From: Actinomycetes bacterium
Lineage (GTDB): Bacteria; Actinomycetota; Acidimicrobiia; IMCC26256; PALSA-610
Direction of reading: 5' to 3'
DNA length: 60,247 nucleotides
NCBI GenBank assembly: GCA_025463875.1
Contig: JAODBI010000317.1
Location: 1 to 60,247, forward strand
Below the pieces are notes generated by a model that saw only the letters and a program-made list of their open reading frames with translations, ran no database searches and was not told the origin of the DNA. The position numbers and the translations under genes were made by a program. Positions 36,196-45,146 of the stretch are shown here, piece after piece. The first letter of the stretch is position 1. Each line of letters begins with the position of its first letter.

Positions 36196-37100
36196 CGACG
36201 CCCGAGTGGTTGACCCGGCCCGAGACGCGGTTCGGCCCGTGCACTTGCTGCGGCCGGCGCTCGAAAGGCGATCTCGTCGAGAAGACGCTCGCCGGTAGCA
36301 GCCGCTTGATCCGTTCGGCGATGTTCTCCGCCGACATGGCGGCCCGGGACGGCTTCCTGCAGCGGACGGATGCGCGGGTCAAGGTGGTCGCCACCGTCGC
36401 GCTCCTCCTTGTCGTCGCGCTCGTACATCACGTCGCAGTCGTCATCGGGCTGTACGCCGCGGTGCTCGTTCTCGGCGTTGTCTCGCGCATCCCGTGCCGG
36501 TTCCTGCTCACGCGGGTCTGGTGCTTCGTGCCGCTCTTCACGGGCGTCGTTGTGTTGCCCGCCGCCTTCAGCTTCGTCACACCCGGCCATGTCGTCGTTC
36601 CGCTCGGAACCTGGTTCGGCACACCGGTCGGGCTCACGAGTCAAGGTCTCACGACCGCGGCGTTGGTCGTGACGCGGGTCGCGACTTCGATCTCGCTCGT
36701 CGTGTTGGTCACCATCACGACACCGTGGCCACGGCTGCTGGCCGCGCTGCGCGCCCTCTTCGTGCCACGCGCCTTCGTCGTGGTGCTGGCGCTCGCCTAC
36801 CGGTACCTGTTCGATCTCCTGAACACCGTCACCGACATGTACGAGGCGCGCAAAGCGCGGGCCCCGCGCGATCACGACGTCGCGCGTAGTCGTGCGTTCG
36901 TGGCGGCAACTGCGGGCGCGACCTTCGGTAAGGCGCACGCCCTCTCCGAGGAGGTCTACCTCGCGATGGTCGCGCGCGGCTACGCCGGTCAGGCGACGGC
37001 GATCGATCGCGGACGGATCGCGTGCGCAGATGTCTACGTGTTTGCTGCGGCCGTCACGATCGTCGTTGCCGCAATGGGAGTCGACCATGTCCTCCACTGA
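36192..37100 (+). CDS. cbiQ: ECF transporter transmembrane (T) component CbiQ
   Basis: The ATG at 36192 overlaps the cbiM stop (ATGA). It is polytopic, with the conserved ARxxR region (MYEARKARAPR). Confidence 0.8.
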   Translation: MTTPEWLTRPETRFGPCTCCGRRSKGDLVEKTLAGSSRLIRSAMFSADMAARDGFLQRTDARVKVVATVALLLVVALVHHVAVVIGLYAAVLVLGVVSRIPCRFLLTRVWCFVPLFTGVVVLPAAFSFVTPGHVVVPLGTWFGTPVGLTSQGLTTAALVVTRVATSISLVVLVTITTPWPRLLAALRALFVPRAFVVVLALAYRYLFDLLNTVTDMYEARKARAPRDHDVARSRAFVAATAGATFGKAHALSEEVYLAMVARGYAGQATAIDRGRIACADVYVFAAAVTIVVAAMGVDHVLH

Positions 37101-37968
37101 GGTGTTCGCGGTCGCCGACGTGCACTATCGCTATCTCGAGCGGTTCGTCGCTCTGGCCGGCGTATCGCTCGACGTTCACGCGGGCGAACGTGTCGGGCTG
37201 CTCGGCGCGAATGGATGCGGCAAGTCGACCCTGCTGAAGGTATTGGCCGGGCTCGTGCATCCCGACCGCGGCACGGTGAGCGGCTTCGGGAAGGAGCTGA
37301 CGGAAGCCGCGCTCGAGGACGAACAGTTCGCCCGTGGGTTCCGCGCTCGGGTCGGCTTCGTCTTCCAGAGCTCCGACGCGCAACTCTTCTCGCCGACGGT
37401 CCGCGACGAGGTCGCGTTCGGTCCGCTGCACCTCGGTTTCGATGGCGCCGAGATCGAGCAAAGGGTCGACGACGTGCTCGCGCTCCTCGGCATCGCCGAG
37501 CTCGCCGACCGCGCGCCGTATCAACTCTCCGGAGGCGAGAAGAAGCGCGTGGCGATCGCGTCGGTGCTCGTGACCAATCCCGACGTGTTGCTGTTCGACG
37601 AGCCGACCGCGGCGCTCGATCCGCGCACGCAGCACTGGCTGCTCGACCTCGTCGTCGAGCTGCATCGGGCGGGCAAGACCATCGTCTGCGCGACGCACGA
37701 TCTCGCGAGCCTCGACCAGGTCGCCGACCGGTGCATCGTGCTGTCGGAGAACCACGACGTCGTCGCGATCGGCCCTCCGCAGGAGATCCTCGCCGACGTC
37801 GACCTGCTCGAAGCGACGAACCTTGTGCACACCCACGAGCACCGTCACCGGAACGGGATCCACACCCATCGCCACGATCTCGACCATCACCGGCCCTCGA
37901 TATCGGCGAACTGGGAGGCCGATGAGTTGCGGACGCATTCCACGGAGCGAGGAACCCCGACGTCATGA
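37087..37968 (+). CDS. cbiO: ECF transporter ATPase CbiO with His-rich C-terminal tail
   Basis: Walker A is GANGCGKST, the signature is LSGGEKKRVAIA and Walker B is LLFDEPTAALD. The tail reads HTHEHRHRNGIHTHRHDLDHH. Confidence 0.9.
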   Translation: MSSTEVFAVADVHYRYLERFVALAGVSLDVHAGERVGLLGANGCGKSTLLKVLAGLVHPDRGTVSGFGKELTEAALEDEQFARGFRARVGFVFQSSDAQLFSPTVRDEVAFGPLHLGFDGAEIEQRVDDVLALLGIAELADRAPYQLSGGEKKRVAIASVLVTNPDVLLFDEPTAALDPRTQHWLLDLVVELHRAGKTIVCATHDLASLDQVADRCIVLSENHDVVAIGPPQEILADVDLLEATNLVHTHEHRHRNGIHTHRHDLDHHRPSISANWEADELRTHSTERGTPTS

Positions 37969-38453
37969 GCATCACCGCCATCCGCGCCATCGAAGCGTTG
38001 CGCGCCGAAGGCCGTCGCATCACGACGGCTCGGCGCACGATCATCGAGTTGCTGGGCGCCACCAACGATCATCTCACCGCGGAGCACATTGCCACCGCAG
38101 TGCAACACGCATATCCCGAGATCCATGTGTCGACCGTGTATCGCACGCTCGAGTCGCTCGACGAGTGGGGTCTGGTCGAGCACGTGCACCGCGGTCACGG
38201 TGCCGCGTTCTTTCATCTCGCCGCGTCGCATCCGCACATGGTGTGCGAAGCGTGCGGTCGCGTGATCGACGTCCCGCAGGAGGAGTTCGACGCGCTGGTC
38301 GCGCGCGTACGCGACGTGTACGGCTTCGACATCGACGTCGCGCACAATGCGCTCATGGGCCGCTGTCTCGTGCACGATCCTCGCGCCGGCGGTCTCCTCG
38401 CGCCGCCGGTCTCCTCGCGTGAGGGGGCCGGACCGGGCGCACGGGACGGTTAG
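37965..38453 (+). CDS. Fur-family metalloregulator (Nur/Zur-like by context)
   Basis: The start overlaps the cbiO stop. The wHTH region reads RITTARRTIIELL...HLTAEHIA...VSTVYRTLESL. The His cluster is HVHRGHGAAFFHL..HPHMVCEACG. Confidence 0.85.
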   Translation: MSITAIRAIEALRAEGRRITTARRTIIELLGATNDHLTAEHIATAVQHAYPEIHVSTVYRTLESLDEWGLVEHVHRGHGAAFFHLAASHPHMVCEACGRVIDVPQEEFDALVARVRDVYGFDIDVAHNALMGRCLVHDPRAGGLLAPPVSSREGAGPGARDG

Positions 38454-38530
38454 GAAGGCCTAGCGCGACCACACCCGACGGCCTAGTGTCGAGTGGGCCG
38501 GGTGGAATCGGTGCGGAGGTTGCGGGAACG

Positions 38531-41500
38531 ATGCTCTTTCCACTCGTCGCGCGCGCTCGTCGCGCGGGCGTAGTCGTCATCGTGACGGCCTTCGTCTTCA
38601 GCGGCATCGTCAGCGTCGTCTCCACGACACCGGCAAATGCGGCGGGGACAGCGACGCTCGTGCAGCACCCCACGCGCCAGACGACCGCCGACTTCCCGCC
38701 GAACACCGATTTCGCGGTGCCGTGGACGGTTGCGCCGACGCCGGGTGACACCTTTCTCGTCGCGGCCAGCAACTACTGCTCGACATCGTCGACGACGCCG
38801 GCAATCACATCTGATCCGGGTGGTTGGACGCTCGCGACGCACGCCTTCGGCACGAACGAAGGTGGATTCATGTGGGGCAAGTTGCTGCTGTGGCAGTGGA
38901 CCGGCGCCGGTGCGCCCGGGAACGTCGTCGTGCAGATGCAAGGTGGTACGCCGTCGTGCGACATGAGCGTCGCCTCCTTCGAGTATCAGGGGCTGCAACC
39001 GAGCCCCGTCGACGTGAACTTGCAGACGAGTTTCAACGGGACCCCGGCCCAGTGGACGCTGCCGACCGTCACGACGGCGCAGGACAACGAATTGCTGTTC
39101 GTCGTCGAAGCCAACCGCAAGACGATCACCTCGGTCACGTCCGTCACCCCGGGCTTCACGATCGAGTCGAACAAGGTGAGCAGCGGCGGCACCACCGACA
39201 TGGGGCTTGCGATCGCCGACCGGGTGGCGACGACGGCCGGCGCGTACACGCCGGTGATCAATTTCTGCGGGGGCTGTGGCGGGCATCCCGGCGCGATCGT
39301 GCTCGGATTGAGGATCGCGCCCGCCTCCGGCACCGCGCCCGCGATCTCGAATGTCGCGGTCAGCAACATCACCGGTACGTCGGCCACGGTGACGTGGACG
39401 ACCGATCAGGTGTCGACGAGCGCGGTCGCGTACGGCTCCTCGACCACATACGGCTCGTCGGCGACCAGCGCCTCCGGAACGTCGCACTCGATCACGCTCA
39501 ACGGGCTCGCGACCGGATCGACGTATCACTACCAGGTCAGCTCGACCACCACCGGCGGCACCACGACGGCGTCGGATGCGACGTTCACGACGCTCACGCC
39601 GCCTCCCGTCATCACCACCGGCCCGACACCTTTGGCCATCAGCGCGACGACTGCGACGATCGCGTGGTCGACCGATCGCGCGTCGACGAGCCAGGTGCAG
39701 TACGGCACCGCCCCGAGCTATGGCAGCACGACGACACTCGACGGGAGCAACGTCACCGCGCACTCGCAGACCCTCGTCGGGCTCACGCCGTCGACCACGT
39801 ACCACTTCGCCGTGACGAGCGCGGGTGCCGGAGGAAGCGTGACATCCGCGGACGCGACGTTCGTCACGACCGCGCCCGGAAAGACGAATCAGACGATCAC
39901 GTTCGGCGCGCTCTCGGGGGCAACGCTGACGCAGTCACCGTTGACCGTCGCGGCGACGGCGACCTCGGGGCTGCCCGTCTCGTTCTCGTCCTCGACGCCC
40001 GCGGTGTGCACGAGCGGCGGTGGGCTCGGTGCGACGATCACGTTGCTCGCGCCGGGCACGTGCACCCTGCAGGCCGACCAACCCGGTGATGCCACGTTCA
40101 ACCCGGCGCCGCCCGTGCAGCATAGCTTCGGCGTAGCCGATGCAAGCCAGATCGCGTACCCCGATCTGATCGGCGAGATCCCGACCAACGGATTCGGGAT
40201 CTCCCATCCGACCACCACCACGAAGGAGTTCGACTACACGCACATCATCTACAACGGTGGCGCCGGCCCGCTCGAGGTGCAGCCGACCAACTACAACACC
40301 ACGACGAATCTCGCGACCGCGGTGCAGCAGCTCTACAGCTACAACGGGTCGACGCCGGTGCTCGCGCAACAGCTCACGGCGCGCGATCAGTTCTTCTACC
40401 ACCAGGCCCACGGCCACTATCACTTCCCGCTCGCGACCTTCGGGCTCTACGGCGTCAACCCCGACGGCTCGATCGGAAGCGCGGTGGCGGTGAGCCCGAA
40501 GAACGGGTTCTGTCTCGGCGACGACGTACGTCTCGACGCATCGCTCCCGCACTCGCCCGCGGTCAAGGGTTACGACGGCAGCACGTGCACGAATCCCAAC
40601 GCGGTGCGCGGCATCTCGTCGGGCTGGGGCGACCGCTACGACAAGGCCGATCCGGGCCAGGCGATCGACATCACCGGTCTGCCCGACGGCACCTACTGGT
40701 TCCACTCCGTCGTCGACCCCGACAACAACTTCGCCGAGTCCGACAAGACGAACAACGTCACCGACATCAAGGTGCAGCTCAGCGGCGACACGGTGACGCC
40801 GGTGAGCCCCCTCATGTCGCAAGGATCGTTCGTGTTCGATCAGTCCTTCGTCGTCGACGCGCTCGGTCCGGTCGCGACGCCGGCTTTCAGCACCTCGGCG
40901 CCGAACGAGATGCTGGTCGCGTTCGTGAGCGGCTTCAGCCAGGTGACGACGCTCACCTCGACGGTGGGCGGCGGGGGCTTGACGTGGACACTCGCCAAGC
41001 GCGCGAACGCGCAACCCGGAGGCGTCGACGTCTGGACCGCGATGGCCCCGACGCCGCTTTCGAACGTGGTTGTCAGCGCGACGACGAACTGGCCCGGCCG
41101 CGACACGTCGATGACGTTGTTCGCGATCAAGGGCGCGTCGGGGATCGGCGCGACCGCGAGCCGGAGCGCGGCGTCCGGTGTGCCGTCGATCTCGCTCACG
41201 ACGACCAAGGCCGGCTCGTGGGTGATGACGAACGGCAACGACCCGAGCACCTACTCACCGCACCAGATCGGCGCGGGCAAGACGATGTTCCACCAGTACC
41301 TGGATTCGTCTCAGCGCCAGGGTGCGTGGATGGAGGCGACGACCGCGCCGGTACCCACGGCGGGCACGGTCGTTTCGTTCGCCGATACGACGCCGCCGAA
41401 CGACCAGTGGAACGAGGTCGCGGTGGAGATCCTCCCGGCCGCGAGCGTCGACGTCACCGCGCCGACGATCAGCGCGGTCGCGGCGAACAACCCGGGCCCG

Positions 41501-44326
41501 ACCAGTGCTTCGGTGACCTGGACCACCGACGAGCCCGCGACCTCGAAGGTCGAGTACGGCCCCGATCCGTCGTTGGGACAGTCGACGAGCATCGATCCGA
41601 CACTCGTGAACCAGCACGGTCAACCGCTCAACGGCCTGACATCGAACACGACCTACTCGTACCGGGTCGTGAGCACCGACGGGTCCGGCAACACCGCGAC
41701 CGGCCCGACGTCGACGTTCACCACCGCGCCGCCGCGCACGACGCCGCCGGTGTTCACGAACGTGCATGTCGTCGACCTCCAGGCCGACCAGGCCACGATC
41801 TCGTGGACCACCGACGAACCCGCCGATACCCGGGTCGACTACGGCATCACACCCGGGTACGGGACGGCGTCGGCTTCGGATCCGACGATGGTGTCGACGC
41901 ACTTCGCGCTCATCACGAATCTCGCGCCGACGACCGTGTACCACTACCGGGTCGACAGCACCGACGCGTTCGCGAACGCGGGGTCGTCTGCCGACTTCAG
42001 CTTCCAGACGCTCGCGGTCGCTCCGCCGATCGTCGTGGAGCAGTCGGTCTTCCGGGACGGGACCGGCAATGTGACGACGGCCGCGTTCAACACCGCGAGC
42101 CCGGGCGATCTCCTCGTCGCGTTCGTCGGCGCCTCCGGGAACGCAGGCACACCCCAATCGGCGACCGTGACCGGTGCGGGCCTGACCTGGACTCTCGACC
42201 AACGCGCCAACGCGCAGAACGGCACCGCCGAGGTGTGGCACGCGTTCGCGACGGGTCCACTCGTCAATGCGACCGTGACGTCGACCCTCGGAACCACCGC
42301 CGACCAGTCGCTGTCGGTCGTCGCATTCAGCGGCGCGCGAGGCATCGGTGCGACGGTAGGGAGCGGTGGGGCTATCGGCGCGCCGAGCGCGGACCTCAGC
42401 ATGACGGGCGCGAATTCGCTCGTGTACGCGGTGGGCAACGACTGGGATCATGCGACCGCGCGTACCTTGCCCGCAGGTCAGTCCATCGTGCATCAGTTCG
42501 TCGACGCCGTGTCGGCCGACACGTTCTGGACCCAGGCGCTCAACGGCACGGGCGGTCCGGTCGAGTCCGACATCACGATGGCCGACACCGCGCCGACCGT
42601 CGATCGCTGGAACTTCACGGCGGTCGAGATCCAACGCCCGATCGGTGTGACGCCACCGCCTCCGACCGCGCCGCTCATCAGCGCCGTGACCGCGACGAAC
42701 ATCACCACAACCTCGGCGACGATCTCGTGGGCCACGGACCAGATCGCGACGTCGCAGGTGCAGTACGGGACGTCCGCGAGCTACGACAACTCCACGACCG
42801 TGGCTCTCGCGCCGGTGACCGGCCACACGCAGAACCTCGGTGGACTCTCGCCCGGGACCGTGTACCACTACGCGGTCACCAGTACGAACGGAGTCGGCTC
42901 GACGACGTCCGGCGACTTCACATTCACGACCGCGCCGACGCCGAAGACCCCGCAGACGATCACCTTCGGCGCGCTCGCCGACGTGCCGTTGACGCAGTCG
43001 ACGATCGCCGTGAGCGCAACCGCGTCGTCCGGGCTGACCGTGTCGTTCTCGTCGACCACGCCCACGGTGTGCACGGTCACCGGTAGCACCGTGACGCTGC
43101 TGACCGGCGGCCTGTGCACCGTGCGCGCCGACCAGCCCGGCGACGCGACCTTCGCGGCGGCCGCGCCGGTTTCGCAGAGCTTCACGGTCGGGGCCGCGAA
43201 GATCGACCAGACGATCACGTTCGCCGCGCTCGCCGACCGGACCCTGCTGCAAACTCCCCTCACCGTGACTGCGGTCGCCTCCTCGGGACTGGCGGTTGCG
43301 TTCTCGTCGACCACACCAACGGTGTGCGCGGTCACCGGCGCGGCGGTCACGCTGTTGGGCGGAGGAACGTGCACGATTCAGGCCGGCCAAGCGGGCAACA
43401 GCGTCTACAACGCCGCGCCGGCGGTGCAGCAGAGCTTCACGGTGACCAAGGCCGCGCAGACGATCACGTTTGCCGCGGTCGCGAACACGACATTGGCGCA
43501 AAGTCCGGTCGCCGTGACCGCGACCGCCTCCTCGGGACTGGCGGTCGCGTTCTCGTCTACCACACCAACGGTGTGCGCGGTCACCGGCGCTTCGGTGTCG
43601 CTGCTGGCCGTCGGGACGTGCACCATCCAGGCCGCGCAGGCGGGCAACGCGATCTACACCGCCGCCCCGCCCGTCCAGCAGAGCTTCACGGTCTCGCCGA
43701 TCACCGGGATCTCGGTCGACAAGACCGTCTTCAAGGACGGCAAGGGCGCGCAGACGACCGCCGCGTTCAGCACGGCCGCCGCGGGCGAGGTGTTGGTCGC
43801 GTTCGTCGGCGCCGACGGTACGGCTACCGGCCAGACCGCGACCGTTACCGGCGCGGGACTGACGTGGACGCTCGTACGGCGGACGAATGTTCGGCCCGGC
43901 ACAGCGGAGATATGGCGCGCGGTCGCCCCGTCGGTGCTGACCAATGTCACGGTGACGTCGACCCTCGGTCTGGCGACTGCCTTCGACCAGTCCTTGACGG
44001 TTGTGGCGTTCAGGGGCGCGACCGGAGTAGGTGCGAGTGCGAGTGCCAACGCGGCCACGGGTGCGCCGACAGTCGCGTTGACGACGACGAAGGCGGGCTC
44101 GTGGGTCTACGCGGTCGGCAACGACTGGGACCGCGCGGTCGCGCGCACGGTCGGCGCGGGCCAGGCGATCGTCCACCAGTTCGTCGACGCGTCGATCGGC
44201 GACACGTACTGGACGCAGTCGGCCACCGGACCTACCGCGGCCCTCGTGACGGTGGTGTCGATGTCGGACACCGCCCCGACGAACGATCGCTGGAACTTCA
44301 CCGCCGTCGAGGTGCTCGCGGGCTAG
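38531..44326 (+). CDS. giant secreted/anchored multidomain protein: 4 copies of an unassigned ~200-aa module, 5 FN3-like domains, 4 Ig-like (QTITF-type) domains and a central lysyl-oxidase-like domain
   Basis: The ATG at 38531 lies 12 nt after ggagg, and the N-terminus has a hydrophobic signal/anchor. The LOX-like region at about 40150-40790 carries HGHYH, PKNGFCLGDD, GWGDRYDKADPGQAIDITGLPDGTYWF and ESDKTNN. The repeat architecture was read from the translation. Confidence 0.85.
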   Translation: MLFPLVARARRAGVVVIVTAFVFSGIVSVVSTTPANAAGTATLVQHPTRQTTADFPPNTDFAVPWTVAPTPGDTFLVAASNYCSTSSTTPAITSDPGGWTLATHAFGTNEGGFMWGKLLLWQWTGAGAPGNVVVQMQGGTPSCDMSVASFEYQGLQPSPVDVNLQTSFNGTPAQWTLPTVTTAQDNELLFVVEANRKTITSVTSVTPGFTIESNKVSSGGTTDMGLAIADRVATTAGAYTPVINFCGGCGGHPGAIVLGLRIAPASGTAPAISNVAVSNITGTSATVTWTTDQVSTSAVAYGSSTTYGSSATSASGTSHSITLNGLATGSTYHYQVSSTTTGGTTTASDATFTTLTPPPVITTGPTPLAISATTATIAWSTDRASTSQVQYGTAPSYGSTTTLDGSNVTAHSQTLVGLTPSTTYHFAVTSAGAGGSVTSADATFVTTAPGKTNQTITFGALSGATLTQSPLTVAATATSGLPVSFSSSTPAVCTSGGGLGATITLLAPGTCTLQADQPGDATFNPAPPVQHSFGVADASQIAYPDLIGEIPTNGFGISHPTTTTKEFDYTHIIYNGGAGPLEVQPTNYNTTTNLATAVQQLYSYNGSTPVLAQQLTARDQFFYHQAHGHYHFPLATFGLYGVNPDGSIGSAVAVSPKNGFCLGDDVRLDASLPHSPAVKGYDGSTCTNPNAVRGISSGWGDRYDKADPGQAIDITGLPDGTYWFHSVVDPDNNFAESDKTNNVTDIKVQLSGDTVTPVSPLMSQGSFVFDQSFVVDALGPVATPAFSTSAPNEMLVAFVSGFSQVTTLTSTVGGGGLTWTLAKRANAQPGGVDVWTAMAPTPLSNVVVSATTNWPGRDTSMTLFAIKGASGIGATASRSAASGVPSISLTTTKAGSWVMTNGNDPSTYSPHQIGAGKTMFHQYLDSSQRQGAWMEATTAPVPTAGTVVSFADTTPPNDQWNEVAVEILPAASVDVTAPTISAVAANNPGPTSASVTWTTDEPATSKVEYGPDPSLGQSTSIDPTLVNQHGQPLNGLTSNTTYSYRVVSTDGSGNTATGPTSTFTTAPPRTTPPVFTNVHVVDLQADQATISWTTDEPADTRVDYGITPGYGTASASDPTMVSTHFALITNLAPTTVYHYRVDSTDAFANAGSSADFSFQTLAVAPPIVVEQSVFRDGTGNVTTAAFNTASPGDLLVAFVGASGNAGTPQSATVTGAGLTWTLDQRANAQNGTAEVWHAFATGPLVNATVTSTLGTTADQSLSVVAFSGARGIGATVGSGGAIGAPSADLSMTGANSLVYAVGNDWDHATARTLPAGQSIVHQFVDAVSADTFWTQALNGTGGPVESDITMADTAPTVDRWNFTAVEIQRPIGVTPPPPTAPLISAVTATNITTTSATISWATDQIATSQVQYGTSASYDNSTTVALAPVTGHTQNLGGLSPGTVYHYAVTSTNGVGSTTSGDFTFTTAPTPKTPQTITFGALADVPLTQSTIAVSATASSGLTVSFSSTTPTVCTVTGSTVTLLTGGLCTVRADQPGDATFAAAAPVSQSFTVGAAKIDQTITFAALADRTLLQTPLTVTAVASSGLAVAFSSTTPTVCAVTGAAVTLLGGGTCTIQAGQAGNSVYNAAPAVQQSFTVTKAAQTITFAAVANTTLAQSPVAVTATASSGLAVAFSSTTPTVCAVTGASVSLLAVGTCTIQAAQAGNAIYTAAPPVQQSFTVSPITGISVDKTVFKDGKGAQTTAAFSTAAAGEVLVAFVGADGTATGQTATVTGAGLTWTLVRRTNVRPGTAEIWRAVAPSVLTNVTVTSTLGLATAFDQSLTVVAFRGATGVGASASANAATGAPTVALTTTKAGSWVYAVGNDWDRAVARTVGAGQAIVHQFVDASIGDTYWTQSATGPTAALVTVVSMSDTAPTNDRWNFTAVEVLAG
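42950..43695 (+). repeat. 3 tandem ~249-bp intragenic repeats (Ig-like QTITF...QSFTV domains), partly near-identical at DNA level
   Basis: For example, gcctcctcgggactggcggNtgcgttctcgtcNaccacaccaacggtgtgcgcggtcaccggcgc occurs in copies 2 and 3 with 2 mismatches over ~65 nt. A fourth, diverged copy lies at about 39890-40140. Confidence 0.85.
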
Positions 44327-44340
44327 CGCGCGCGTGCCAC

Positions 44341-44529
44341 ATGGCACACCCGACAGCGCTCGTCGTGGCAATCGTCAGGATCGGCGAGGAGCTCGGCCTC
44401 GACGCCGACAGCCGGAACAAGCTCCACTGGGCGGCGCTCCTGCACGACGTCGGCAAGCTCGACGTGGCGGCCGCGATCCTGAACAAGACCGAGAAGCTCA
44501 CCGCTGACGAATGGCAGCTAGCGGGATGA
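44341..44529 (+). pseudogene. truncated HD-GYP/HD-domain fragment (62 codons)
   Basis: MAHPTALVVAIVRIGEELGLDADSRNKLHWAALLHDVGKLDVAAAILNKTEKLTADEWQLAG* matches only the central part of HD-GYP domains (LLHDVGK, PDxIL-like, KLTxxE). The N- and C-terminal parts are missing. Confidence 0.6.
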
Positions 44530-44630
44530 CCGCGGATGACAGCGGGTACTAGCACCATTGGCCACTAGGAGTTGTGACCGGCGGACGCAGATGCTGGGGA
44601 CGTCAAACCCCCCAACGTCCAGGAGTTCCC

Positions 44631-45125
44631 ATGCGCAAGCCTTCCGCCCGGCTCGTCGTCGCGGCTCTCGCGATCCCCGTATTCGGCGGATTTGCGACCT
44701 ACGCCGCGGCCCAGGTGAGCAGCACGCCGTCGCCGCAGGTCGTGATCCCCGCCGTCCGTACCTCTTCGACGAAGACCCCGTCGTCCGCGAACACCGCTTC
44801 CCGCGTGCCCGGTCACGACGTCAACGACGACAAAGGCGGACTTCGCAACGACAGCCTTCGCACTGCGACCGGCTCGACTCCGGCGTCGACGCCCAACACC
44901 GTCGACGACCACGGCAACGACGCGCTCAAAGGAACCGGCGTTGCCAACCCGGCCGGCACGACTCCGGCATCGACCCCCAACACGATCGACGACCACGGCA
45001 ACGACGCGGTCACCGGGAGCAGCGTGCCGACGACCGGCGGCTCGACACCGGCGTCGACGCCCAACACCGTCGACGACCACGGCGGTCGCAACCGCGGCCA
45101 GGGCGGCAGCGGTCACGGCTCCTGA
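44631..45125 (+). CDS. secreted repeat protein with 3 x 28-aa G(S/T)TPASTPNT(V/I)DDHG... repeats
   Basis: An RBS aggag precedes the ATG at 44631, and the signal peptide is MRKPSARLVVAALAIPVFGGFATYAAAQ. Exact 84-nt repeats occupy 44871-44954, 44955-45038 and 45039-45122, ending at the stop codon. Confidence 0.7.
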   Translation: MRKPSARLVVAALAIPVFGGFATYAAAQVSSTPSPQVVIPAVRTSSTKTPSSANTASRVPGHDVNDDKGGLRNDSLRTATGSTPASTPNTVDDHGNDALKGTGVANPAGTTPASTPNTIDDHGNDAVTGSSVPTTGGSTPASTPNTVDDHGGRNRGQGGSGHGS

Positions 45126-45146
45126 GTCGTCGCCGCAGCTACTCGG

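Noticed and set aside
44334-44347. GTGCCA-CA-TGGCAC palindrome as a terminator for the giant gene.
   Set aside because: A 2-nt loop cannot form a stable hairpin and no U-tract follows. It is noted only as a possible protein-binding or junction sequence within the HD-GYP remnant finding.
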